64,000 nt of DNA from a virus. The position numbers were made by a program, and so were the translations under genes. How positions within the stretch are numbered: position 1 is the first letter of the stretch; each line of letters starts with the position of its first letter. Positions 26,884-36,381 of the stretch are shown in pieces. Under the pieces are notes generated by a model. The model did not search any database and was not told the origin of the DNA. It was given only the letters and a program-made list of their open reading frames with translations. The stretch spans positions 230,512 to 294,511 of IMG/VR virus record IMGVR_UViG_3300029922_000001; one strand, written 5' to 3'.

Positions 26884-27081
26884 TATAATCCTAACTCTTG
26901 TCCTCATGAGAGCGTGATTCGGCACCTTAATGGCGAGTGCCAAGGACAATTCTATTATACACCCGTTTTGAGGTTTTTTACCTTCGGATTAAAAAACAGT
27001 CCAAACACAATAAAATTAATTATAATAAATTACCTTGTGAATAGGCTTGACAGTCTGAGGAATAGGAGGTATTATAACAAC

Positions 27082-28380
27082 ATGAGTAGCATTCTCGCTA
27101 GTAAGAAATACATTTATACGGATATCCAGGCGAATAACAATAAGTTCTGGAATATTGACCGCTATGACGATCATACAGTAATTACACGTTGGGGACGTGT
27201 TGGCGACAAAGAACAAAGCAAATCTTTCCCACATGGATCTGAAACTTCCGCAATTGCTTTTTTTAATCAAAAGTGTAGTGAAAAATCCAAGAAGGGTTAT
27301 ACCGAACAACGAACCATTGAATCCAATACTACCGTAAAGCAAACAACCGTTGCTTCATCCAATCTTGAAAGTATTGCTAAAAGACAGATTCAAACTAATT
27401 CACCTGAACTAGATGCTTTGATTTCAAGGCTTACCAAAGCTAACATTCATAGCATTGTCGCAAACAGTAATATTAGCTATAACGATACAACTGGTTTGTT
27501 TTCAACGCCATTAGGAATTATTGATGAAGATGCGATTTTGGAAGCTAGAGAACTTCTAGTGTCCATTAATTCTATTGTTCTCAATAGAGACTTTGGAAAT
27601 AAGGATTTTGCTGGAATCACCAATAAGTATTTTAGAATCGTTCCTACAGTTATCGGTAGATATCGTCAAGAACCTCAAGACCTATTCCCTAATAAGGAAA
27701 CCGTTGTAAAGCAAAATGATCTTTTGGACTCACTTGAAGTCAGCTTGCAAACTGCTAAGGCAACCCCTGTAACTGCTACAACATCTGTTGAACCTGAAAA
27801 GAACATCTTTAATGTTAAGCTTCATGTGGTTGATGATCTTCCTGTTATTCAACGAATTACAGCCAAATATCAATCAACAATGAATCGTGGTCATCAGTGT
27901 TCCCATCTTGGTGTTAAGCGTGTTTATGAATTAGAAATTGGTGCTATGAAGACTGCTTTCGAAAATAAGGGTAAGCAAATTGGTGGTATTCAAGAGTTGT
28001 GGCACGGTTCAAGAGTTGCCAATATTCTTTCTATTCTCTATAAGGGAATGATTATCCCACCTTCTAATTCTAGTTTTGTGGCTGGTCGTTTGTTTGGAGA
28101 CGGTTTGTATTTTGCCAACCAAAGCACAAAGTCTCTTAATTATTCTTATGGATATTGGGATGCTAAAGGCAAGGACGAAAATTGCTTTATGTTCCTTTGT
28201 GATGTAGCTATGGGCAAGCACTATACTCCTAAGTATTTACAATCCAATATTCCTGCTGGATATGATAGTTTCTGGGCTAAGGCTGGTATTTCTGGCGTAC
28301 AGAATGATGAAATCATCGTTCCACGTCTTTATCAAGCCAATCCTAGATATTTGATCGAATTCTCACCAGGTGGTAGATAA
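27082..28380 (+). CDS. poly(ADP-ribose) polymerase (WGR domain + PARP regulatory/catalytic domains)
   Basis: WGR domain FWNIDRYDDHTVITRWGRVGDKEQSKS. Catalytic region HGSRVANILSILYKGM ... GDGLYFANQSTKSLNYS ... E in the C-terminus. True ATG is at 27082; the longer track ORF from 26797 overlaps the neighbouring gene. Confidence 0.85.
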   Translation: MSSILASKKYIYTDIQANNNKFWNIDRYDDHTVITRWGRVGDKEQSKSFPHGSETSAIAFFNQKCSEKSKKGYTEQRTIESNTTVKQTTVASSNLESIAKRQIQTNSPELDALISRLTKANIHSIVANSNISYNDTTGLFSTPLGIIDEDAILEARELLVSINSIVLNRDFGNKDFAGITNKYFRIVPTVIGRYRQEPQDLFPNKETVVKQNDLLDSLEVSLQTAKATPVTATTSVEPEKNIFNVKLHVVDDLPVIQRITAKYQSTMNRGHQCSHLGVKRVYELEIGAMKTAFENKGKQIGGIQELWHGSRVANILSILYKGMIIPPSNSSFVAGRLFGDGLYFANQSTKSLNYSYGYWDAKGKDENCFMFLCDVAMGKHYTPKYLQSNIPAGYDSFWAKAGISGVQNDEIIVPRLYQANPRYLIEFSPGGR

Positions 28381-28414
28381 GATCAAGCCTGTTCTTGAGG
28401 TATAATAAATCATT

Positions 28415-28843
28415 ATGGTACTTCAAGAACAGGCTGAAACCCGCGCAATGCGGAAACGAGCTAGAAAACTCAAAGAACGCAAACCAAAGAAAACACCTTG
28501 GGAATTGCGTCGTGAGCGTTATGAACGTGAAAATCCACCCGCCCCACGAGTTTGGTGGCATGTCATTCGTGTTTCTGACTATTTTTATGAAGCCAACGAA
28601 CATCGTAGTGCTTGTCGTAATGTTACTTTTTCAATTGGTGGATGTTATGAATCTAAAAATCAAGCCGCAAAAGCTAGAAACCAAGAAACAAATTCACATG
28701 AACATGATGAAGATCATAATAGGTTTTGTGTGCGGAAAAGATACGCTGGAGAATCTGTGTTTCAACTTAAACAACGTATGGAAATGGAACTTTATGGAAA
28801 AGTTATCTCCAAATATGAATATTTAGAAAGACAGAATCACTAA
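28415..28843 (+). CDS. hypothetical basic protein
   Basis: 142-aa ORF, Lys/Arg-rich at the N-terminus. Its ATG lies inside the inverted repeat that follows the PARP gene. Confidence 0.45.
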   Translation: MVLQEQAETRAMRKRARKLKERKPKKTPWELRRERYERENPPAPRVWWHVIRVSDYFYEANEHRSACRNVTFSIGGCYESKNQAAKARNQETNSHEHDEDHNRFCVRKRYAGESVFQLKQRMEMELYGKVISKYEYLERQNH

Positions 28844-28851
28844 AATAAAGT

Positions 28852-29325
28852 ATGGAAGAACAAATTGAACAAAGACCTGATCTTGAACACGCATTAAGTA
28901 ATTTAATCAATAGCTATAGTCAAGAAAATCTTAGTAATACACCAGATTTTATTTTAGCTCAGTACCTTTTAGATGCTCTTAATGCCTTTAATAAGGCGAC
29001 TAATAGCCGTAATAAGTGGTACGGTCACGATAAAACTGAGTGGTCAAGTGATCGAATCAACACCATAGAAGAAGTTTTACCCTTACAAGAAGAAATAGCT
29101 TTTTATGAAGAAAATCTAGAGGAATGGTTGGAACATTATTATGGATTAATTGTATTGGTTAAAGGACGTAAATTAATTAATATTTTCAAGAACCATGACG
29201 AAGCACTTATGAGTGCAGCTAAACAATTCGGTAGAGGTCCTTACTTAATTCGTCAAGTTCTTAAAGAACAGCCTGTTGTAAGTATACCTACTGTGTTTCT
29301 AGGGTCAAATGTTATTAAAAGTTAG
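28852..29325 (+). CDS. hypothetical protein
   Basis: 157-aa ORF. Confidence 0.5.
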   Translation: MEEQIEQRPDLEHALSNLINSYSQENLSNTPDFILAQYLLDALNAFNKATNSRNKWYGHDKTEWSSDRINTIEEVLPLQEEIAFYEENLEEWLEHYYGLIVLVKGRKLINIFKNHDEALMSAAKQFGRGPYLIRQVLKEQPVVSIPTVFLGSNVIKS

Positions 29326-29554
29326 AACAAAAATGTTAGGGTTTCCTCCGTATAATTCAACGTATAATTCAACGTATTGGATACGTAAAGATCATTGGGA
29401 CACCAAAAGCTATGATCAAATAGTTTTGTGTAATAAAGCTGGAAAAGCATATCATTATGCGGAAAATGGGAATATTACAGTCAGACCTAAAGGCAGGAAT
29501 GGAAGTGATATTATTTCCATTCCTCGTGATAAGGTCATATTCGTTGAGGTATAA
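29309..29554 (+). CDS. hypothetical small protein
   Basis: 81-aa ORF that overlaps the next ORF. Start uncertain. Confidence 0.3.
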   Translation: MLLKVRTKMLGFPPYNSTYNSTYWIRKDHWDTKSYDQIVLCNKAGKAYHYAENGNITVRPKGRNGSDIISIPRDKVIFVEV

Positions 29555-29780
29555 TCAAGATATGAAAATGCAAGACTTGATTGATAAAATGATTAGAGAG
29601 TATTCTGAAGAAGATAGAAAGCGATTAGAAGTCGTAATTTGCGATTATGATGAAACCGCTTCTTATGGAGACGGATATACAAATTATCCTGTGCAATATA
29701 TCACTTTGGAAAAGGGTGATTACGAAGAAGTGGATGGTCCTGGTTACGTAAAAGATACTGAATATGTGGTGATATCATGA
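29457..29780 (+). CDS. hypothetical protein (likely true start near 29562, MKMQDLIDKMIREY)
   Basis: ORF followed by a palindromic hairpin at 29793..29819. Confidence 0.4.
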   Translation: MRKMGILQSDLKAGMEVILFPFLVIRSYSLRYNQDMKMQDLIDKMIREYSEEDRKRLEVVICDYDETASYGDGYTNYPVQYITLEKGDYEEVDGPGYVKDTEYVVIS

Positions 29781-29792
29781 TGGTAAAATAAT

Positions 29793-29819
29793 TGTATGTT
29801 ACTAAGAGTAACATACAAG
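29793..29819. terminator. hairpin TTGTATGTTACT-AAGA-GTAACATACAA
   Basis: Lies 3' of gene 29457..29780. Confidence 0.45.
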
Positions 29820-29885
29820 CACTACAGCAAAAATCTATAATAATATTAAATATAGAAATTTAAAATTATATACACGAGTATAAAT

Positions 29886-30398
29886 ATGAAAAATTTTATT
29901 ATAGACGTAGAAGCTAATGGACCCTGCCCCGGTCTTTATAGTATGGTGAGTTTTGGGGCTGTTTTAGTAGACGGTAAAAATCAAGTAACATTCAAAGGTG
30001 AAGTTAGACCAATTACTGAATTATACGATCAAGGTGCTTATGATGCTATTGGTGTAACCTATGCAGAACACTTAACGTATGATGATCCTGAAAAGGTTAT
30101 GCTTGCTTTTAATAAGTGGGTTAATAATACCACAGGAAATGATAGGGCTACTTTATGGAGCGATAATAACCAATTTGATGGACAATATATGAATTATTAT
30201 TTCCATAGATATGTGGGAAGTAATCCATTTGGATTTTCTTCAAGACGTATTGGTGATTTGTATTCTGGATATGTTAAAGATATTAGTACAGCCACTAAAT
30301 GGAAGAATTTAAGAGATACAAAACACAATCATGAGGCTTTAACAGACGCTATAGGCAATGCCGAAGCCTTATGGAAAATAATGCAATGGATGAAATAA
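29886..30398 (+). CDS. DEDDh 3'-5' exonuclease (DnaQ/oligoribonuclease-like)
   Basis: Exo motif I DVEANG (D-x-E). Motif III HEALTDAIGNAEAL (H-x4-D). Confidence 0.65.
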   Translation: MKNFIIDVEANGPCPGLYSMVSFGAVLVDGKNQVTFKGEVRPITELYDQGAYDAIGVTYAEHLTYDDPEKVMLAFNKWVNNTTGNDRATLWSDNNQFDGQYMNYYFHRYVGSNPFGFSSRRIGDLYSGYVKDISTATKWKNLRDTKHNHEALTDAIGNAEALWKIMQWMK

Positions 30399-30537
30399 AC
30401 AATTCCCTAATTTATAGGGATAATGCCCTATTATCCTTACAAAAGATGCTGACAGTATGTGCATAGTTTTGTGATCTTGCGCTTTATTTGTATTTTTTAA
30501 ATAAAGCAGGAAAAAATACCTGCATATCGTCAAAATA

Positions 30538-31234
30538 CATTATGGGGCTAAGTAAAGTATTCATAAACTTATTCATTGTTCTATTATGTTGCCAGGTGTT
30601 TGCACAAACTCCAAACAACAAACAGATAATCAATGATACTAAAGACGCTATTGTTTTAATCTCTGTAAAACACAGAGAAAATGGAGAATTTTTTCCCGCT
30701 GGTACTGGGTGGCTTTATAAAGATGGCAATCATATAGCTACAGCGGCACATGTCGTAAGTGAAACTAAAGATCATAAACTTGTCGTAAGTTATGCTGTTA
30801 AAGTTACTTTTACAGATGGTGAAGAAGAAAGTGCTGAGACTATATTATCAAAATTTACAGATGTTGCAGTTCTAACTATTAAAGCTAAAAAAGAAAGGAA
30901 CCCCTTAGTTTTAGCTAATAAAAATCCAGAGTTATGTGATTTTCTTATTGGTTCAGGTTATGCTTTAGGAAAATCAACAATTACTGTATTTGTTGGTATT
31001 GTTTCAGGCGAATCAGAAAATTTTGGATATGATGGATTTCCTTATTTGGTAGACGCAATGCAAACAAATGCTATCATCTGCCCAGGTCATTCAGGCAGTG
31101 CTGCGCTAAATAATAAAGGTGAAGTCATTGGTCTAATTGTGGCAAACTCTTATCAGTGTCCTTCTAGAAATTATTTTATACCTAAAGATATTGTAGAGAA
31201 AGAATTAAAGCTATTATTGTCTGACGAGACTTGA
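30538..31234 (+). CDS. secreted trypsin-like (S1/DegP-like) serine protease
   Basis: Signal peptide MGLSKVFINLFIVLLCCQVFAQ. Catalytic triad contexts TAAHVV (His), an Asp, and CPGHSGSA (Ser). The track ORF starts at a TTG at 30488; the first ATG is at 30538. Confidence 0.75.
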
Positions 31235-31265
31235 CTTTTATATAGTCCATGTCAGTATAATACGT

Positions 31266-31502
31266 TTGATGAAAAATGATGCATTGAAAAAGTTGTTCAG
31301 TGGTGTTATGCTTATAGCATACGCTCTGTTTATGGCACTCTACACTCCTGTTAGTCAAACAGCTAATTCTTTGGCTCAAGCACATAATGCTTTACCTACC
31401 ACAGATACAACTTTAGTATTTTTGCATAGCTGGGGATTGGTAGCAGTTCTCATTGTGTTGTTTGTGATTTGGCTCCCAAATATCCTAAAAGGTACAAAAT
31501 AA
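31266..31502 (+). CDS. small membrane protein
   Basis: Two hydrophobic helices. Confidence 0.35.
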   Translation: MMKNDALKKLFSGVMLIAYALFMALYTPVSQTANSLAQAHNALPTTDTTLVFLHSWGLVAVLIVLFVIWLPNILKGTK

Positions 31503-32501
31503 ATGAAAATTAAAAAAATTATTTCGTTAATGTTTCTCGCTGTTGTAGCTATGTATGCTACTGGTTGCAAGCCTTATATGCAACCTAAATTCGAAGACGT
31601 TGGTCCTTCCGAAACAGCTTTCGTTATCCCTCTTGAGGGTGATGCGACTACTCAAACTAAGATGCAATCTGAAGATATGTTGCGACAACATATGGTTTCA
31701 GCAAAGCGTATTCAAGTTTCACAACGTGAAGTTTCCGTTGGACGTGGTTGGTGGGCTGTGCAATATCTTCCAACTGTGCGTGTTATCAAGGTTGACCGTG
31801 CTACTGTTACTCGTGAATGGACAGAAGATGACAAGTCTGGAACATCAGAACGAAATCAGGCTATTGGTGCGAACACCAAGAATGGTCAAGGTTTTATTGC
31901 CAGAATGAACATTGCGGCTCAAATTCAAGAAGATGACGCTCCTAAGTTCCTCTATTACTACGCTTCTCGTAAGCTAGAACAGGTTATGGATGCTGAAATC
32001 TATAGTCGTATCAGTGCTAGATTCGTAAATGAATCAGAACAGTACACTACTGATGAATTGATGTCCTCAAAGGGCAAGATCATGGACAAGGTTAGTGCCG
32101 ATGTACTACCTTACTTCAAAGAGCGTGGTGTAACTATTACAGTATTGGGTCTAAAGGGTGAACTCAAGTTCACAACTCCAGAAGTCCAAGCCACAATGGA
32201 TAAGAGTTTTATTACCGCTAAAGAAGCGTTGAATCAAGATTCCATTAACTCCAAGAAAGAGAAGGAAGCAAAAGCTATGGCTTTGTACGGTAAGACCTTG
32301 CTAAGTCCAGAAGGTCAGGCTGCTACCAATCTTCAACTCAAGCAAAAAGAGCTAGAGAACCAAACAGCACTTATTGCGGCATACACAGAATATGTTAAGA
32401 CTTGGAACGGTGTCGGTCCAGTTGTTACAAGTTCTGGAAGCAGTATGTTGAACTTCCCATCTGAACTCCTAGAATCTTCTAAGCCAAAAGCTAAGAAGTA
32501 A
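31503..32501 (+). CDS. lipoprotein (lipobox YATGC); possibly SPFH/band-7-like with C-terminal coiled coil
   Basis: MKIKKIISLMFLAVVAMYATGC, a signal peptide with a lipobox cysteine. The SPFH-like domain call is weak. Confidence 0.55.
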   Translation: MKIKKIISLMFLAVVAMYATGCKPYMQPKFEDVGPSETAFVIPLEGDATTQTKMQSEDMLRQHMVSAKRIQVSQREVSVGRGWWAVQYLPTVRVIKVDRATVTREWTEDDKSGTSERNQAIGANTKNGQGFIARMNIAAQIQEDDAPKFLYYYASRKLEQVMDAEIYSRISARFVNESEQYTTDELMSSKGKIMDKVSADVLPYFKERGVTITVLGLKGELKFTTPEVQATMDKSFITAKEALNQDSINSKKEKEAKAMALYGKTLLSPEGQAATNLQLKQKELENQTALIAAYTEYVKTWNGVGPVVTSSGSSMLNFPSELLESSKPKAKK

Positions 32502-32528
32502 TAACTATCATCCCGAAAGGGATTCGCG

Positions 32529-32810
32529 ATGAATTATATATCCACTTTTATTTTTGTTATAGTAATGTTGGCATTATATGGGTTTTTCTGGTGTGTGATT
32601 AATTATCAATTATTATGGTTTTGGTATTTGAGAGCAACCGCTAAATCATATCGTAAAGTTGGTGGATCTATTATTGACCATTCCACACCGGACAGCATAA
32701 CCCTTAGAAATCACGAAGGTTTAACCACATATTCTTGGCAAGAAGTTTTTTCTAAATTTCCTGAAGAAAAAGAAAATTTAGTTGTTCAACATGAGCTAAA
32801 TTATTTATAA
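32529..32810 (+). CDS. small membrane protein
   Basis: Two predicted transmembrane helices at the N-terminus. Confidence 0.4.
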   Translation: MNYISTFIFVIVMLALYGFFWCVINYQLLWFWYLRATAKSYRKVGGSIIDHSTPDSITLRNHEGLTTYSWQEVFSKFPEEKENLVVQHELNYL

Positions 32811-32864
32811 TAGTTTAAGAGATAATAGCCGTAATGGTTGACAATGCTCTGTAAATGAGGTAAT

Positions 32865-33530
32865 ATGTGTAACATGAATCCAACTCAACAAAACTTAATG
32901 GAATTGATTCTTCAATCCAAACTCGCAAACAACGAACTCTTCACCGCTTTTGACATTACTTTGGCTATTAGAGCTAGTGGTGTTCCAGTTTTTCACAATG
33001 AAGTTCGTGAAGCTATTCATGATGCTTATCTAAATGGTGGTATGGGCAATCTTTATATTAAGACCTACCATAAGCTAGGCAATGGAGAATCAGCGTTTGT
33101 TTTCCATCCTCACACTATCGGCGTTTATAACTACCAGATTCAACCTGTAACAGTTAATCAGCCTACTAACAAGAATTCACAACCAGCTAACGTTGTTCCA
33201 GCTAAGATTACACCAACTTTGGTTAAGACTAAGCGTAATAGCGATCCTTCTAGCTTGACACCTGATGCATGGCAACGAATTCGTATTCCTGCTCAGCTTA
33301 CAAGACAAATTGGTTTGAAGCCTTACGATTATGCTGACATCAGTTTTGATTCTAAGACCGGCACCATTCAAGTTGGTAAGGTTGGTTCAAATCCTAGCGC
33401 ACTTCAATCTAATACAGTTGACCAATATGGCAACATCAGAATTGGTTTGAAACAGCACAATATTAACGCAACTCAATTTAAGACCATTCCGCTTCCTAGT
33501 AAGGGTCTTTTGCAAATCATTGCTGATTAA
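32865..33530 (+). CDS. hypothetical protein
   Basis: 221-aa ORF. Convergent with the 33578..34270 gene across a palindromic hairpin. Confidence 0.5.
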   Translation: MCNMNPTQQNLMELILQSKLANNELFTAFDITLAIRASGVPVFHNEVREAIHDAYLNGGMGNLYIKTYHKLGNGESAFVFHPHTIGVYNYQIQPVTVNQPTNKNSQPANVVPAKITPTLVKTKRNSDPSSLTPDAWQRIRIPAQLTRQIGLKPYDYADISFDSKTGTIQVGKVGSNPSALQSNTVDQYGNIRIGLKQHNINATQFKTIPLPSKGLLQIIAD

Positions 33531-33540
33531 TTTCAGACAT

Positions 33541-33575
33541 AATTTAGCCCAATCTTTTTAGGATTGGGCTAAATT
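33541..33575. terminator. hairpin AATTTAGCCCAATC-(7 nt)-GATTGGGCTAAATT between convergent genes
   Basis: 14-bp perfect arms. Lies between 32865..33530 (+) and 33578..34270 (-). Confidence 0.5.
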
Positions 33576-33577
33576 GT

Positions 33578-34270
33578 TTATTTCTTGTCAGATAAGTCTT
33601 TAGCTTCTTCTTCTGCATAAAGTAGACGATCTTCATCCTTGAAGAATGATGCATCTGACATACAAGCTGCTCCAGCTAAAGCCATACGAGAGGTTGCTTG
33701 TCCAACAGTGCTATACATAGCTCTTGTTGCACCCTTCCTATAATTAAATGAATTAGCTTGTGTTCCACCTAGCTGTTGAGCAACACCCCAAGCGTTCATG
33801 TCTGCACCCAGATAAGTGAATGTCCATTGTCCAGTAGCTTCTAATTCTGAAATCAAAGTTTTAAGCTTAGTAGTATCTTTATATTCTTTAGAAGAATTTT
33901 CATGACCATCAGTGTTAACCACTACAACAGATTTATATTCGCCTGATAGTTCATTCTTAGCTCTATAAACCGTAATACCAATACCATCCCATAATGCAGT
34001 CATGCCATTTGGAGCGTACGTATTGGTTGTTAATGGTTCTACTTCACTAAGAGGCTTATTTGCATAAACTGTAGTTACTTGATTACTGAATTTAACGAGA
34101 GTGACATAATAAACTACATCAACGTCTTTCTTGAGGGTGTCGATATACTCATTGATACCTTCAATGAGTTCAAGTCTGACGTTTTCCATTGAACTGGATT
34201 CGTCAAGGATCAAATATACATAAACTGGAATATTTGATGGAATCTGGGCTGTTACATTTGCTTCTACCAT
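33578..34270 (-). CDS. VWA-domain protein
   Basis: MIDAS motif DESSSM near the N-terminus, plus VVVNTDGHENS. Confidence 0.65.
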   Translation of the reverse strand: MVEANVTAQIPSNIPVYVYLILDESSSMENVRLELIEGINEYIDTLKKDVDVVYYVTLVKFSNQVTTVYANKPLSEVEPLTTNTYAPNGMTALWDGIGITVYRAKNELSGEYKSVVVVNTDGHENSSKEYKDTTKLKTLISELEATGQWTFTYLGADMNAWGVAQQLGGTQANSFNYRKGATRAMYSTVGQATSRMALAGAACMSDASFFKDEDRLLYAEEEAKDLSDKK

Positions 34271-34303
34271 GCTTTATTATAAGGAAATATTGATGGCTTT
34301 TAC

Positions 34304-35779
34304 ATGAATCAGTTATGGTATACTAACTCCATGTTTGACACAGATCGTTTAATTCATTTAGAAAAGCTACAAGAAGCTGGTTTAAATCCATTTGATAATT
34401 ATGGATTTAAGATGACTTCACCAATTGGGTTATATCTTGATACTTTTAATGTATTGATTAATGCTGTTTGTTTTGATAATACACATAGTTTATGTGGTCG
34501 CATTATTTCTATGCGTATTATGGGTAATATGGCTTTTGTTGATATTTCCGATGGTTCTCACAAGGTCCAGGCTGTTTTCCGTAAGAACCTAATGGATGCT
34601 GACACTTATAAGGCATTAAGATACCTAGATGAAGGTGATCATATTGGCGTGACTGGCAATCCATTTCTTACCCAAGCTGGTGAGAAGTCAATTCTTGTTA
34701 CAGAAATTAAGGTTCTAAGTAAGTGTCTTATCCCTTTACCAATTGGTAAGAGGAAGGATGGGGAAGTCTTTGATGCAGTTGTAGATCCAGATATTAGGCT
34801 TAGGCATCGTCATATTGACCTTGTAGCCAATCCAGATAATAGGGCGATGTTAATTGCACGTTCAAAGATGGTAAGCTGTATTAGGCGATTTTTAGATCAA
34901 GAAGATTTTCTTGAAGTTGAAACACCTTTACTAACTGAGGTTGCTGGTGGAGCAAGTGCTAAGACATTTGATACTCATTATAATGCTTATGATTTAGATA
35001 TGCATCTTCGTATTTCTTTGGAAATTCCTTTGAAGAAGTTGATTTGTGGTGATATTCCTGCCGTTTATGAAATTGGTAAGGTTTTCCGCAATGAAGGTGC
35101 TGACGCAACTCATAATCCAGAATTTACACTTTTGGAATGGTATCGTGCGTATTCAACACCAGAAGAGGAAATGCAAAGGGTTCAAGATTTAGTTTCATAT
35201 TTGATGCAAAAGTGGGATGCTGATCCTGCATGGGATGTAATTACTGTGCGTGATGCTATTTTAACCTATGTGCCTGATGTTTCCTGGTATGATCTTGATG
35301 TTATTGAGAAAATGAGAGAACATGCTCGTAGAAATGGAATCCATGTAACAGATCAAGATACTATGGGGAAGATTGAAGAAAAGCTAGTCGCTAAGTTCGT
35401 TGAGCCTAATCTGTTATATCCCACATTCTTAACAGAACATCATATCAGTAATTCACCTTTAGCTAGAACAGCACCAGGGAAGCCTGATCGTGCTTATAGA
35501 TTTGAAGCATATATTAATGGTTATGAAATCGCTAATGGTTATTCTGAGTTAAACAATGCAGTTGAACAAAAGGAACGATTAGAGGATCAAGTAGCTCAAA
35601 GAAATGGTGGAGACGCTGAAGCACAACCTTATGATCAAGATTTTATTTATGCTCTTGCCTCCGGTTGCCCTGCCGTAACGGGCGTGGGAATCGGTCTAGA
35701 TAGATTGGCAATGGTATTATATGGAGCAACACAAATTAGGCAAGTAATATTTTTCCCAACAATGAAGCATAGGAGTTAA
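34304..35779 (+). CDS. lysS: lysyl-tRNA synthetase (class IIb)
   Basis: N-terminal OB anticodon-binding domain. Motif 2 FRNEGADATHNPEFTLLEWYRAY is LysRS-specific (HNPEFT). Motif 3 GVGIGLDRLAMVL. Confidence 0.9.
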   Translation: MNQLWYTNSMFDTDRLIHLEKLQEAGLNPFDNYGFKMTSPIGLYLDTFNVLINAVCFDNTHSLCGRIISMRIMGNMAFVDISDGSHKVQAVFRKNLMDADTYKALRYLDEGDHIGVTGNPFLTQAGEKSILVTEIKVLSKCLIPLPIGKRKDGEVFDAVVDPDIRLRHRHIDLVANPDNRAMLIARSKMVSCIRRFLDQEDFLEVETPLLTEVAGGASAKTFDTHYNAYDLDMHLRISLEIPLKKLICGDIPAVYEIGKVFRNEGADATHNPEFTLLEWYRAYSTPEEEMQRVQDLVSYLMQKWDADPAWDVITVRDAILTYVPDVSWYDLDVIEKMREHARRNGIHVTDQDTMGKIEEKLVAKFVEPNLLYPTFLTEHHISNSPLARTAPGKPDRAYRFEAYINGYEIANGYSELNNAVEQKERLEDQVAQRNGGDAEAQPYDQDFIYALASGCPAVTGVGIGLDRLAMVLYGATQIRQVIFFPTMKHRS

Positions 35780-35780
35780 A

Positions 35781-36353
35781 ATGGTAAGTCACGATTATTT
35801 AAAAGCATCAATTAAAGGTTATCTTGTTAAGGCACAAGATTACACTTGGACTTTACAGGGATTTGGAATGTTAAGACTTCATCTAACAGATGAATTCCGA
35901 CTCAATGTTTGGGATTCTAACTTTAGAGTCCCAAATGTAACACTTACTCATACCCATCCTTGGGATTTTGAAAGTGTGATTATTGCAGGTATGGTTGATA
36001 ATGTCATTATGGAAGAAACTGATGAAGAAGAAATGTCTTGTCCTTATCTTCGCGCCTCTATTAAACCAGGAATTGGTGGAGGTATTGATGTAAATACAAT
36101 TAAACCTGTAAATTTACGTGATGCAAGTATTAAGAGGTATACTGAAGGACAGGTTTATAGCCAAACAGCAAATATGATTCATGTTAGTAATCCTTTGGAT
36201 GGCTCTATTACATTTAATCGTCGTCATCGTGTTGGCGAAGATAAAGCACTTGTATATTGGGCTAGTAAAGAATTTATTACAGCAGAACCAAGAATTGCTA
36301 CGTCAGAAGAAGTTTCTACTATAACAAAACGATCACTTAATTTGTGGTTTTAA
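35781..36353 (+). CDS. hypothetical protein
   Basis: 190-aa ORF with an AGGAG Shine-Dalgarno upstream. Confidence 0.5.
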   Translation: MVSHDYLKASIKGYLVKAQDYTWTLQGFGMLRLHLTDEFRLNVWDSNFRVPNVTLTHTHPWDFESVIIAGMVDNVIMEETDEEEMSCPYLRASIKPGIGGGIDVNTIKPVNLRDASIKRYTEGQVYSQTANMIHVSNPLDGSITFNRRHRVGEDKALVYWASKEFITAEPRIATSEEVSTITKRSLNLWF

Positions 36354-36381
36354 TCAAGAATGATTGTGGTATACTGAAATC

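Noticed and set aside
26797-27081. N-terminal 95 codons of the 527-aa track ORF containing PARP
   Set aside because: This segment overlaps the divergent gene 25894..26883 and has no PARP homology. The PARP gene starts at the ATG at 27082, immediately before the WGR domain.
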